Assembly (NCBI GenBank): GCA_012295275.1
Contig: CM022678.1
Span: 8,990,001-9,054,000, forward strand
DNA length: 64,000 nt
Source: Chrysomallon squamiferum
Taxonomy: Eukaryota > Animalia > Mollusca
Direction: 5' to 3'
Shown: piece after piece, positions 40,043 through 54,000 of the stretch
Position numbering within the stretch: the stretch's first letter is position 1
Layout: each line of letters begins with the position of its first letter
Notes under the pieces: model-generated
Database searches by the model: none
The model's input: only the letters and a program-made list of their open reading frames with translations
Told to the model about the DNA's origin: nothing
Position numbers and translations under genes: made by a program

Positions 40043-42282
40043 TGAATCACAAAGAAAAATTATGCTTCCAAATTTTCCAGTTACATCAATTTTAGATATT
40101 TCCTTTTCACACTGTTCAGTTAATTGATAGAGGTTTGTGGTTGTGACCAAGTACTGCATTTGAAGACTGGTCACATGGAAGATCATGAATAGCTACATAA
40201 ATTCATTGTTTTACTGTTGATTAGAGATTGACATTAAACCACAGTTGTTTGTTTATAAATAAAATAAATTCAGGTGGATTATGATAGATAACCGTACATA
40301 ATTACCTCTACAGTAAAGATTACAATTTGCAAACCTAAGCAACCTAGGAGCTGAGACTTGAGGTTCCACTGACTTGAAATAGTAGACTTGATGTGGCAGA
40401 CAACAAGTAATTATACACTTTGATTCAGGTAGTAGAAATATCATCCTGAATGAAACAATTCCAGTGAAAGTCTGTCTCTCGTGTGTCATTGATGTGACTG
40501 TGGAAGTCAGATTTCTACATATTTCTTAATAAGTGATTTTTAAAAAAAGACAGCTATTTCAATGAACAATAGTGGAACATGATGCTGCTTTATATTATCA
40601 ATCAAACTGATGCATAATGTAGATAAGGAAGTTTTGAAGCAGTAAATTAATATTAGTCCTAACAGTAAAAAGTGTACAAGCCTTAATCTGAATCCGTCAC
40701 GTAAGAGAATTATTGGATCAAGAAAGTCATTTTTTTGCCAGGATGATCTATGTTTGTAGATGCTCAGTAAATAAATTAACTCTGTCTGTCTGGATTATAT
40801 TTCTTTCAAAACGCACGCACAGAATTTTATCCATGTCTATTTTTAGTTCCACCTGTAGATGTACAAAAAATGCAGAGCCTATGAACAGGTGAATAAAATG
40901 ATGTAATTTTATCTTGTATGTGTTCATAACTTGGAATCACACCTGTAGGTACCACTAAGAAGTGCATCAAACATTCTGAAATCAAGTATGGATATCATTT
41001 ATATGACTCTAGTAGATATAGAATATAGTTGATATAGGATATAGTAGTATACTATGGGTATAGCAGATACAGTGTAGTAGATACTATAGTAAATGTGAAT
41101 ATAATAGGTACTGTTGAGATATTGTACAACAGTTCATTTAAAAAAATGTATTCGTATTTGAAAGTATTTTATTATTTGTATATTAATTTGAATCTTTACT
41201 GTTATCATTATCAAAACATGCCAGAGATATTGTAGATAAACAAATAAATAAAAATGAATCACAAGCTCTCACAAATTATATATAAATGTTAATGTGAACA
41301 CACACACACACCCATACCCAAATATCCAGTGAGTTATTGTATTTGGATATTATGTGAATATATCATCCCAACCTATTCTAACCAGGCTAACCATTTTAGT
41401 TCCTCCATTTATATCTCTTATTCATCATCCATCCATCTTTCAGTCCCATACTTCCACATGTATACATGAATCCAGTGGTTAATCTAAACACAAAGAATCT
41501 ATTTTTTTTCTCTCACAATCACGTCAAGCTGAAACTTCCAGTTTGTCACAAATGTCGTCACCCTGAGATTGAAACAGACTCCTGCACTTGTCCAGTCTGC
41601 TTATATGTATAAGGACAGGCCAGGAGTTGGTTTGTTTAGCTTGGAGACAGGATATTTGAGCTGAACACAAAGAGTGTTTAATAAACAAGTGTTTAGCAGG
41701 TTGATAATCAACAACTCCACCCAGTGTTTCATACACACATACATACATACATACACAGATTCATACATACACATAAATACACATTCATACACATACATAC
41801 ACATACATACACACACAGACAGACATACATACACGTACATTCATACACATACACAACACACACATAATGGGTACGCTACAGACATAAACAGTCTAACCTA
41901 AATACATGTACAAACACACACAGACAGACACAAACTCAGACATAAACACTCACAAAGACACTGGATGTGTAAAAAGATAGATGAATGAAAGGATAAATGA
42001 ATAGAGACACATAATAAAATATTACATTAATGACTTTGTTCTCAGATGATCTAAACATACTACAAACTAATCAGTGTTTCAGTGTAAACTAACACTGCAT
42101 GTCTCTCTATACACAGACTTAAACTACTAAGTCAAAGGTTACCATTCTACCTCTAGTTATCAATATAACATTACCTCAAGCCTTTAATAATCTTAATAAA
42201 TAAAAGGCTTTTAATCTGGAAACCTTTTTTTCTGTATTTTTTTTATTTATACTCACTACTCCTAGTCAAAGACTGTCATTAC

Positions 42283-42317
<35 letters not shown>

Positions 42318-42387
42318 TAATAATAATAGTAATAATAATAATAGTAATAGTAATAATAATTGCAATAGTAGTAATAATAATAATGAC

Positions 42388-42458
<71 letters not shown>

Positions 42459-43403
42459 TTGTCTTTTTCTATTCATTAAAATGAGTTTCAAACTACCAAG
42501 TAAAGAGGTGCACATACACACGCATATACACACACATGACCACAAACACTTAGATACTTTTAATTCATGACTTTGTTATTTAACAACAAAATGAATTAAC
42601 ATTTGCTAGTATAAGGAATGAAACATTCAGAAATTGTTAATTTTTTTCCTTCTTTAATATGTAAACATAAATGTATATTTTAATAAATTTAATATAAATA
42701 CATTACACAGAACTTTGTAAGAGCCACCACACAAAAAAATAAAAAAGAAAAGAAAAGAAAAGAAAAAATAAAGTTTTGGTTACATGAAAGATACAATATA
42801 TTTGTTATCATTCCAGGAAGGGCCTCTATGGAACTTTAATCCATAATGTATCAAAGAATTTGTATTACTTTTTAGAATGAACAAGAATTATTATTTGTTT
42901 CTCACTTTTAATACAACAAAAGACAAATATTGAATAATAATATATCTTGTAATATACATATAAAGTTGTGTAAAGAGGAATCAATATAAACATGCAGGTG
43001 TGTTCCAAGAACACTTTATTTCAACTTGCATCTGTTAACATTGATAAATAATTAAAAACATAAACAAAATATTTCTATAAAACCAGGTTCTATAAAAACA
43101 GGACACTTTAAAGACTGTAGAATGGAATTTTCTTATAAATATTAAAACAAGGTTTTTCTTATTGCAGAGCTAAAAGATTAAAATCAAATAAAATTGGAAT
43201 ATTTTTTTAATTACTGATTGCAGAGAGCTATAAAGATTAAAATAATAATAAAATTGGAATTATTTTTAATTGTTAATGTTATTAGACATATTGCAGATTT
43301 ATAAAGATTAAAATAACATAAAATTGGAATATTTTTTTTTTATTACAAATGTTACAGTTAAGGGTCTATCAAGTCTTAGCAGAGAAATAGTATGGCACTG
43401 ATG

Positions 43404-43471
<68 letters not shown>

Positions 43472-44084
43472 GTTTTTTTGATATACAGGAAATTGCCCTG
43501 ACCTGCAACTATTTTTATGAATTACTAAAACTTTTCTTAGAATTCCAAGTTTTCCAGATTAGTTCCAAAACAGAAAAAAATTTCCAATGGAAAAAAAATA
43601 TATATTAACTTTGAAATTTAAAAAAATATATTAAATCACAAAATAGAAATAAAAGAGAATAATTAAGGTATGTTACTTCAACTTTTCTCTGTGATTTGAA
43701 CAATTAGGAATTAAAATGTGACTGAAATTTAACAAATAGTTACATAGTAAACATTTTTTATATAATTGTTATTATTTTAAAAATATTTTTAAAATTTTCA
43801 TTGTTACTGGAATAAAAAATATAACAAAAAATGTATCATTAAGTTCCATTCAAAAGAAAAAAAGAAAAAAGAGAAAGAACACATGACTGAAATAATTTAC
43901 TTTTCATTTCTAAAAATAAAATACAAGCAGAATAATTTTTCATACAGTAAGAATGATAAAATGAGAAACACAGATATTTACAATCAGACATAGTATTTTC
44001 ATGTATATCTTCAAATGTCTAACATAAATGACTTTATGTCCAAAAAAATTATGTTTTTTTTTTGTTGTTGTTATAAATAAATTT

Positions 44085-44570
44085 TAATTATCCCTAATTA
44101 GATAATCTTAAATATATTTATACAATGATTACTCCAAGCAACCCTTGATTTACCCTGATTTAAATATGATAAGGAAAAAAAATGTTGTTTTTGTTTTGTA
44201 GTTTTATATAAAAAAAAATCTAATTACCCCTAATTACATAATCTTCAATTATATTTAAATTAATTACCCCCAGCAAACCCTTGATTTTCTCCTGATGTAA
44301 ATAATAAATTAAAAAAAACATGTTGTTCTTGTTTTGATTTTGTTTTTTTATAAAAAATTCTAATTACATAATTTTAAATATATTTATACAATGATTACCC
44401 CAGCAAACCCTTGATTTTCCCCTGATTCAAATATACAGAAAAAGGTTTTTTCTTCCTTTTTTTATAAATAATTCTAATTAGCCCTAATTCTAATTACCCC
44501 TAATTACATAATCTTCAACTATATTTACATTGATTACCCCCAGCAAACCCTAGACTTTCCCCTGATTTAA

Positions 44571-44604
<34 letters not shown>

Positions 44605-44860
44605 GTTTTGTTGTTTGTTTTGTTTTTTTAATAAAAAATTCTAATTACCCCTAATTACATAATTCTAAATATATTAAACCCTTGAATTTTCCCTGATTTA
44701 AATAATATGACAAAGAAAGATAAAATAAATGTTGTTTTGTTTTTTTAATTTAAAAAAAAATATTTTTAATAAAATATTCTAATTACCCTAATTACATAAT
44801 TTTAAATATATTTACATTGATTATCCCAGCAAACCTTTCAATTTCCCCGATTTAAATAAT
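44085..44860. repeat. Degenerate ~130-150-bp tandem repeat, ~6 copies
   Basis: Core TAATTACCCCTAATTACATAAT...GATTACCCCCAGCAAACCCTTGATTTTCCCCTGATTTAAA at ~44085, 44221, 44361, 44491, 44641 and 44780, with variable A/T-rich linkers. Confidence 0.88.
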
Positions 44861-44982
44861 ACAAAAATTTGATGATTAAAAAATGTAACACCTCTATGCA
44901 CTATGACATTAATTTTAGGTTACTTAGAAAAATGGCATTCCATAGCAGTGATGAATCTCTATTCCTCTTTCAGCGATAAAAC

Positions 44983-47900
44983 TTAGAATAACCATGCACA
45001 CACATCAATGATAAAAACAGTGCAAGCTGCTATGAAGTACAATGTGTACACTGGGTGTTCTGATAATATTGACAATGCAGCCTCTTGGAGATCACTGAGG
45101 TTTCGAAATTCAAATTAGATTGATTTTATGATCTTACAGATTTTCTCTTGAAAGTGTTGAGCTTTCTCTGGACAGGGAAGACTGTGAAATAATAGCATTC
45201 TGGTGCTCTAGTTAATCTTTTCTGAGGCAGCTTGATTCTGTTGTCTAGGATCCTACAACAAAATATAATATTCATTAAGAAACTAAACATAAAATAAAGT
45301 GCAAGTGGAATTTTTGTTGTCAGCTCTAACTGCATTTCACTGTCTTAGCAAGAAGAGTTTTATTTTTCCCATACAATATTAATAATAAAAATAATTTATT
45401 AAATATATTTAAATTCTTAATTTCAATCAGTTTAATATTATTTTTTAACTTTGATATAAAAGGATTAAAACAGCAATATATCAGTAAAAGAGCTTATGAA
45501 AAATATTTTTTTAATATATTTGAATAATTATGTAACTTGGTAAGATTTGATATTCATGCTATCCTTTAGTCCAGTTTAAGATGACTGCCAGGAATATTAA
45601 GTAAATAAACATTTTAAACCTATATAGTATTACAACAGACAGTAAGAAAATGGTTTTCTAATTCAGATTCTACTTGAAATACTAATATACTTACATGATG
45701 AAAATACATTTGAGATTATTCTGAGAATCTTTACTCTTAACAGTCATTATAGTTACATCATTTATGATAAATTATTCGATTAATTAAAAAATTTAATTGT
45801 AATATTCTTTCCTGCCACTTTAATGTAATTTAATTTTTGCCATTAATGAAATATATGCATTCAGGTAATAGTTACAATAATGATCAATAAGGTATATTTT
45901 AAAATGTATTTAAAACAAAGACAACATTACACATGCATGTGATAAAATAAGAAAAGAAGATAAATCTTTCAAGCCAATTTATGCATCTGTACAACCTCTC
46001 AAATCCACCAAAATTCCATCCATTCCATTATACCAGATTTGAAAATACTGTAAATATCTTTAGCTCTACCAAATGAAGTAATAAATGTTTGTGTTTCAGT
46101 TTAGAGTGAGATATCTATAACAGAAAATTACAAATTTATACAAATGTTCTGTTCACTACTCTATTAGGCTGACATGCAAATTATTACAAGGTTTACACTG
46201 ATTCTATTAATTTTCAGTGCATCAGTTTACAAAAACACAAATCTATCTTCATATATGACACTTAATTCAGGATAAGAGAAAATATTTTGCATAGAATTTT
46301 GTGAAAGACTGAGGAAATATTTAAAACTGAAATAAAATGGAAAGGTTTACAGTGACTAATGTATTTAAATACCTGCTGGACAGCACCAAATACTTCAAGT
46401 TTAGTGGAGACTCAAGCTGCTCTTTGTTCCAAAATGTCAATCTGAGTTTGTATTTTATCAACAATTTCTTGAATATTTTATCCTTAACAAGCCGATTTAA
46501 TTTCTGAAAATATACAGTTTAAATGCACACATTAGAATACTGGTTTCTTCAATTCCTATAAATACATGTGATACCCAGATGAAAGATCATTTGGTAAAAC
46601 CTAATAGAAAGATTATTGAGTAAATACTGGTATTTCCTTGTTGTAAAACGGTTCAATAAATTGAGTCAGCATGAATCAGTATAATTATACTAAAAATCGA
46701 AATATAATCTTGTTTAAAATCATTTTTTTGTAATCTAATGAGATTTAATAATGCAGTTATCAGTTCAAATTATTTACTGAAAGATAATTTAAAGCTAGAG
46801 AGATAAAAAAAAGATTCTAAAATAAGGAAGAATTTTTCATTCAGAAACACCTTCAACAAAATTAACATAGATCTGTCTTCCTTTATGAACTGATTTCACA
46901 AATACCTCAAGTTCATTCCTTAAGTCATGTACTTCTTGGTTCATTTTTTGTTTTTGTGAGTTAGAAATGAAACTGTTTTGATTACTCCTAGTACAAACAT
47001 AAGCTAAAAAGAAATAAAACAATGCCAATGGAAGTAAACTAAGTCACCTGCTGCTCAACTTCCAGGCTTTTGTCTTTGCAACTGTCACACACAGCCATCA
47101 CAGTTGTCTGCCAAGTGGTTTCATTTTAATGTTTTTCTTTGCCTGGTTTTAGCATGTTCAAGTTTTTCAAGTTTTTCTCTCTGACATTTTCAATCTGAGA
47201 TTGGTGACCTGGTGTAAGACTCTCCAACTTAAGAATTGTTGTAGTCTGACGTGGTCGGCTTCAATGTCCAAGTCTGAGTCAGTCACATTGGTGGCTGCAC
47301 TGCCTAGTTTGAGTAAATAAATAAATAGATAAAATACAGTAAAAAATATAAAATAAATAAAACACTGCTACTACTACATTTACTGCAGATTTCATGCTAC
47401 ATTTATTACCATCATTACTACAACTAATATTTACTATTATTTCTTATTCAGCTAGGGTTACTGTTATTGAAATAATACTCCTATTACTAAAATTACTATC
47501 CATTAATAATGAAAGTGATATTTTTTACTCTCTTCACAATTAGTCCTATGTCTGTATTTCTTTATACTAATGTAATTACTACAACAACAACTATGACTAC
47601 TGTTACTACTACTATCTCTGCTGTTACACTACTCTTCTTGTTCATTTATCATAACAGTTTCTCTAAAAACAACTACTATTAGTACTGCTACTACTACCGC
47701 CACTACAACCAGTAATCTGACTACAAACACCATGAGTCTCACAAGATACATTACTATCACAAGCTATGGAGGCAGCATCATCAGGTAAAACATGGCCAAG
47801 ATCAATTCTACAATATTACTATAACAAGCAGTATTATTAATAATGCTACAAGTACTAATGCTGTAACAACTATATTACTACCACAATGGCAAAGACTACT

Positions 47901-50155
47901 ACTACAACAAGCAGTATTATTAATAATGCTACAAGTACTAATGCTGTAACAACTATATTACTACAACAATGGCAAAGACTAATACTATTACTACAACAAG
48001 CAGTATTATTAATAATGCTACAAATACTAATGCTGTAACAACTATATTACTACAACAATGGCAAAGACTAATACTATTACTACAACAAGCAGTATTATTA
48101 ATAATGCTACAAATACTAATGCTGTAACAACTATATTACTACAACAATGGCAAAGACTAATACTATTACTATAACAAGCAGTATTATTAATAATGCTACA
48201 AGTACTAATGCTGTAACAACTATATTACTACAACAATGGCAAAGACTAATACTATTACTATGACAACCACCTCTGCAGATGCTTCTGTTCCTGCCAGGCT
48301 AGTGCACATTTCTCTCCTGTGGTGAGCTCACAGAATTAGCTCTTCTTGTGTACAGAGCAGCTTCTGAAAAATAAGTTTTTTTAATTTATTTACCTTTGTA
48401 GTTAGTTATATATGTATCTGTCAGAGAGAGAAAGAGAGAGCAAGCAAAAGATTTACATACATATTCAAAACCAAAAAAGAAAACCAGACCTAATATTTTA
48501 ATATGAATTTTGTTGATTAACAGTTTAGGTTTAGAATAATAAGAAAACAAACTCAAATTCACCTGTTCAGGTTTTTTCCTCTTTTCCAGTGGCAGCAGCA
48601 CAAACTTTATCCTCAGTGCTGGACAGGACCTTCTACTGAAACAACTTCACTAGCCAATTACGTGCATTCTGAAAAAAAATATACAAATAAAATAATAAAA
48701 ATAATAAACTGTTATAAATAAATAACTAATGTTTCTGTTATTATTAAAACTTAAATTGTACTGGTACCAGTTACTGGATTATTCAGACACAAAAGGGTGT
48801 GGGATATTTTTGATATACTTTGTATAATCATTATAATGATAATGATTAAAAATGGTAATAATTTAAATAATTAACAAAACAATAGCAAATAAATAATTAT
48901 TATTATGCTATTTTACAATCAGAAAAGAGTTGTTACTATAAAACTTATTTAATACACACACACACATGCACACACTAACATACACACACATATAAACTAA
49001 TAAAACATACCCTGCCTGTTAGGTTTCTGAAAACATTCTAACATAGGCCTGACACATTACTTGATTCACATTAGCAATAGTCTATTGTATCCATTATCTG
49101 GAAAATGGCCTGGATTTGTGTGATGCTGATGTAGGGTATCTACATTTCATGATGCACTGGTCACACTCTGAATCAGGTACAGGATGAGCTCGGTCCTTCG
49201 AATCGTCAATGTGGCGAGACATCACTCTCATGAACGCTGCCTTCCCCAGTCTCTGTCTCATCTAGTTCTGCTGCAGCTCCAGCCTCTGTTTTCTTCCCTC
49301 TATTTCCTTTCTCTTCTAATCCAGCTTCATTCTCAGTGCGGCAAGTTCAGACGTCACCTGCTGCTCAGCTTCCTGGCTGTTGTCTTTGTTGCTATCACGC
49401 CAAGTTTTGCTTTTGGCAGCATAGCAAATGAAATCTTTTTACCAGCATCAGCTTGACTTCAACTGCGCTCTGCTCTTTCCTTCTTGTTCCTGTCCATGCT
49501 GCATGTAACCATCAATATATCCATAAACTTCTTTCAGTCGTTTAATTTCAGCAAAAGTTTCTGTCATGGATTTTGTCTTGTCGCTGGAGGGATCTAGAAT
49601 CTTTGGCTACAATGAAAGCTAGCTTTGTCACTTAGGTTGTTGGTGGAGGTTGTGGTGGTGGGTGCACTGCTCTCAGTGATATTGTAGGCAATGATGCTGT
49701 CTCCCTAGCATTGTAAAAGAAAATGAATAATAATAAAGATTAAAAAAAATAATAATAATAAAAAATAAACATAACAGTAATAAAAAAAGACTAGCAGTAA
49801 TATACTAAGAAGAAGATAAAAAAAGAAGGAAGTACAACAAAACAAAAAAAATGTAAATAAATAAGTTAAAACTGACAATTAGTAAATTTTAAAATAAAGA
49901 AGGGAAGCTGATCACAATTTTTGATCACTTAAACAAATAAAGCACTTCTAACTTGCTTGCATCCTTCTTTTTCAATTCTTTCAGACTTGTTTGTAAGAGC
50001 ATAACAAACTAGAAATGTTTAAAATACCATCACACACAGACACAGGCATTGAAATAAGTCAAGAACGCTTGTTCAGGTTGCTACCTATCAATAAAGTCGA
50101 CAAAATCCTTCAATGAACGGCTAATTTCCTTTCCGAAACTTTCGGCGATAAACAT
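44983..50155 (-). pseudogene. Decayed multi-exon gene model on the minus strand; product unknown
   Basis: Candidate exons 50155-50085 (ATG; MFIAESFGKEISRSLKDFVDFID), from ~49705, 48668-48563, 48363-48275, 47305-47048, 46503-46373 and 45252-44983. Exon 1/2 phases are compatible; in-frame stops and frameshifts follow. Confidence 0.45.
47820..48262. repeat. ~89-bp minisatellite x5
   Basis: CAAGCAGTATTATTAATAATGCTAC recurs at 47825, 47908, 47997, 48086 and 48175. Confidence 0.95.
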
Positions 50156-50159
50156 CGTT

Positions 50160-50360
50160 GCAACCGATTCCGGAATTCTTTTTTTTATCTTTTTCTCATT
50201 TGTAATTCCACCAAAGTTACCACCCACCGATTTTTAATGCTTCCACTTTTAAATGCATCCACGGTGTGATGTCACATGTTTAGTGACGGTCGGTCCACAG
50301 GGTGACGTCACTTAGTTTGCAACAGTATTGAATTTAAACATAGCGTTACCAAGCACCAGT
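50160..50360. promoter_or_regulatory. CpG-retaining promoter-like segment with a perfect CRE palindrome
   Basis: GTGACGTCAC at 50302-50311 and TGTGATGTCACA at ~50265; local CpG excess just upstream of the minus-strand ATG at 50155. Confidence 0.4.
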
Positions 50361-50848
50361 TTAATGAAAATGGAATCCATTATGTGGAAACATTTAAAAA
50401 GTGGGATTTTTTCCAATGACTTTTGGTTTGAAGTAATTAAAAACAAAAAATATCAAAACTACAATGCAAAATTTGTACTTAAAACATAATGGAATAAGAA
50501 ATGAAGCCATGTTAAGACATGTTATGAAGTTTTGGGAACATACCGATAAATCATACACTGACACAGTGATTGCCAAAACAAAATTAAAGACTAAACATGA
50601 TTTCTTGTTTATATAATTAAATGAGAAATCGTGAACATTTTAGAAGCACAGTGACTTTTAGCTAAAGAGTACCGCTATTTACACTGACCATTTTAACCAT
50701 CGATATCAAAATAAGAAGCAGTTTTTATCAGATTTTTATATGGTATTAAAATTAGATTAATTAGAGATTATCGGTTATATTATTGAATAATTATGGAATT
50801 TCATTCGGGATTATCTCCCTTTTCTCAAAGTTCAAAAAAAAAAAAAAA

Positions 50849-50879
<31 letters not shown>

Positions 50880-51006
50880 AAATTAAAATGAACAAATAAA
50901 AGAATTTATGAAACTCAAATTTTAATCTTAAAAAGGGAAAAGTAACAAACCAAGAAAACAACCTAGCGACTGACAGCAAACACGCACACACACGTTATTG
51001 ATTTAA

Positions 51007-51054
<48 letters not shown>

Positions 51055-54000
51055 GTAATAATAATAATAATGACAATAATAATAGTAATAATAATAAGAA
51101 GAAAAGACGACGAAGAAGAGAAGTTGTATTAGTAGTAATTAAGAATATTAACTTGGAAACTGGGTAGTTGAAAACATCAAATAATGGAAAGAATACTTTT
51201 AAAACTGATTTAAATACTGTGCTGTGGCTGTTATGATTGTATTCCATTTCAGAAACTGACTTAGAATTTATATCTGTTGAAGAATTGTCATAAAAATTAA
51301 ATTCCAAGAAGTCACTGGCATAAATAGAATTTTTAAAGGCGATTTCATACATTGTTATAGCTATTATCTTGTTGTTTGAAATCTCGCACGTGGAGATAGC
51401 TTGTTTCATACAGTTCTGTACGATCTTTGGACAACCGCGGCACCTCTGTGGACAACGTTCTCTCCAGTCAGGATCACGTCTCACGTGATAATTAACTATC
51501 GTAAACATTCTTCTTTACTTGTTCACGAAGATAAACATTTATGCAAGTCTGATTTTAAAGTACTTCATGCAGTTATCATACTAAAGAAAAAGTCTCATAT
51601 AATTGAATTCCATAAACTCACTGGCATAAATAAAATTAAATAAATATAAAAATTAAATTAAAACAACAATATGGCTCATGCAAGGACTTTTAAAAAGAAA
51701 CGTTCCTGCATGAGCCATTTCTAATCCAAGACTGTGAAGTCTGCTTTTCTGTTTCTTAGAAGGTATAGGTAAGAGAACGTAAGTCGCTAATGGTAAGACA
51801 GTGGTCAACTGGACAGTAGTCACGTGTTTCTACTCATTTCTGTGTAGTTATCAAACTTTTAAATGACGTTATACAACAGTTGGATGACTATGTCGATGAA
51901 TAAAGCAAGTTTTTCTTTCTAGACGAGAGTTAGCACGTCAATAGAAAGCACCTGTCTGAAGTATCTCGTGATGGAGTTGTCTCCGGCCACGTAGTCTTCC
52001 ACGTAGAGAGGATTTATCTCTGACCTTATTATACTGTACACTGACGTTATTGGATTTGTCCTGTGACCGATGGAAAAGTGATGTTAAATTTAATTGAAGA
52101 AGTGCATAGTTAAAATCTGAAGGAGAATGGGAGTTACGTCCCCTGAATGTTTCTTTTACAATAATAATAATAATAATAATAAAATTAAAATTAAAATAAA
52201 TAACAGAAATAAAAACTATATGAATATAACTTAAACCAAAGAGAAATATTCGGTTTAATCCGCCTGGTTTGTTTTTGTTGCCGTTCCGATGAATGCGTCT
52301 GGTCATAGCCGTGTAATGAAATAATACTGTTCTTTGTGATATTAGAGTGCGCGCTTTATTTTGAAGGAAAACTAATTCAGTACAAAGCTGAGCAAGGGGG
52401 AGATAAACCACGGAATTGGTGTTAGCACGAGACATGTTTCATGTATATTTTGGAAATGAATGGAAGGAAATAAATAAATAAACGACCAATCAGGTAATCA
52501 ATCTACAAGACATTCTCTGTAAACTGTAAATTTTTCGCAAAACATCAAGTTAGTTCGTTTTGTGTTAAATAATGACGAGGCATTTTCTTTGTTTACGTTG
52601 TGCACCTATAATCGTTTCAATGATAGCCGTAATTTTTATTATTACTTAAATACAGTATGGAACTAATAAAACAATTTTCAAATGGCAATAAATAGAAACA
52701 TTTGTTCAAGAATAAACGTCGACTGCATAAACTAGTCCAGTGGAAACATTTTAACTGTTGTTTTTATTTAGTGCATGGCTGTAGCTTAACACTTTGAATC
52801 ACTTAAATGTATCATTATTCCATATTTGTAACAATCGATCGCATAATACTTTGGTACATGAATTTATGTTACACATGTCACATTCATCTAGTATACATTT
52901 TGTAAAACAAAAAGATAAATGTGATCTAGCATTTGTAATGTGATGACATCCATACAGTAATATAATTATATATATATATTAACAATCTTATCAGTTCATA
53001 AATTAAATTCTCTACCTTTTTCTTTTCTCAGTATAGGAAACAGTCTTTGACGTGCAACAAAGTGAATCTTTCTTGATATTTACAAAGGAACCAGACTTAT
53101 TTAAGACAAGTTCAAGGTATTTAGCTTGAGTTATAATTTCTGTATTTAATAATTAACAATGCAAATAGCTTGATGTACATTAACATGATAAAAGTCTTAC
53201 ACACGAATTTGTCTTACTGGATATCTTTACAAATTTCATACCTGAATCAAATGTTCCTTCATAATAGTTAAAGCATGGTACATATTTTTCTTATTTCCTT
53301 TTAGTAAATTAATAGAAATCATATTTTATATAGGATCCTTCTCGAAAACAACAATACTGATTGAATTTGACCAGACAATACTTTCAGTTCTTTGTTAGTG
53401 ATGGATGTAAATAATATTGTCAAACATCTTAATAGTGTAATTGCTTGGTAATAGCATAGATAAGATTGCTTGCCTCAGTTCTTGTATTTCCTAGATTTCC
53501 TTCTAGGAAGCTGTGAGAATTATTGCTGTTTCAAAGATAACATTAAAATGAAAGAACATATTCAGAATGACATATTTTAAGAAAGAAAATTAATGTAGAT
53601 TTGAAAGTGAAATCTTTTTGGTTATGTTATTAGTATTTTTATAGTCATTATAAACAACATGAACAAATTAAGATATAATAGTTTTAATTTGACATGTGCA
53701 GGCTATCCTAGTTTATTGTTAAGAGATTATCACCACTTTTATCAAGTTTATCACTTTACTTGTGATTAGTTGTGCAGTGAGAAAAAACAAATACTTTTAG
53801 ATTTATATCTAATAGTAATTGTTGTACAGGATTTCAGTTAATTACCAGTGAAAACAAGATAATGAGAGAACCTGTCAGTTTTACAACCCACCATCTAAAT
53901 AACTGACATGTCAGCTGTTTGATCACTTCCTTTATTTAAATTCTGTACAGTGACTATGACACCAACTATAAATTTTGGAACGGTCTGACAGAATTAAGCT

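Noticed and set aside
46373-46503. Resemblance to the ATF7IP coiled coil
   Set aside because: Only a generic heptad pattern; no FN3 domain or other diagnostic motif found.
50963-51508. 181-aa minus-strand ORF with a faint resemblance to MULE/SWIM-associated proteins
   Set aside because: The final part is microsatellite and there is no SWIM or DDE motif; not assignable without a search.
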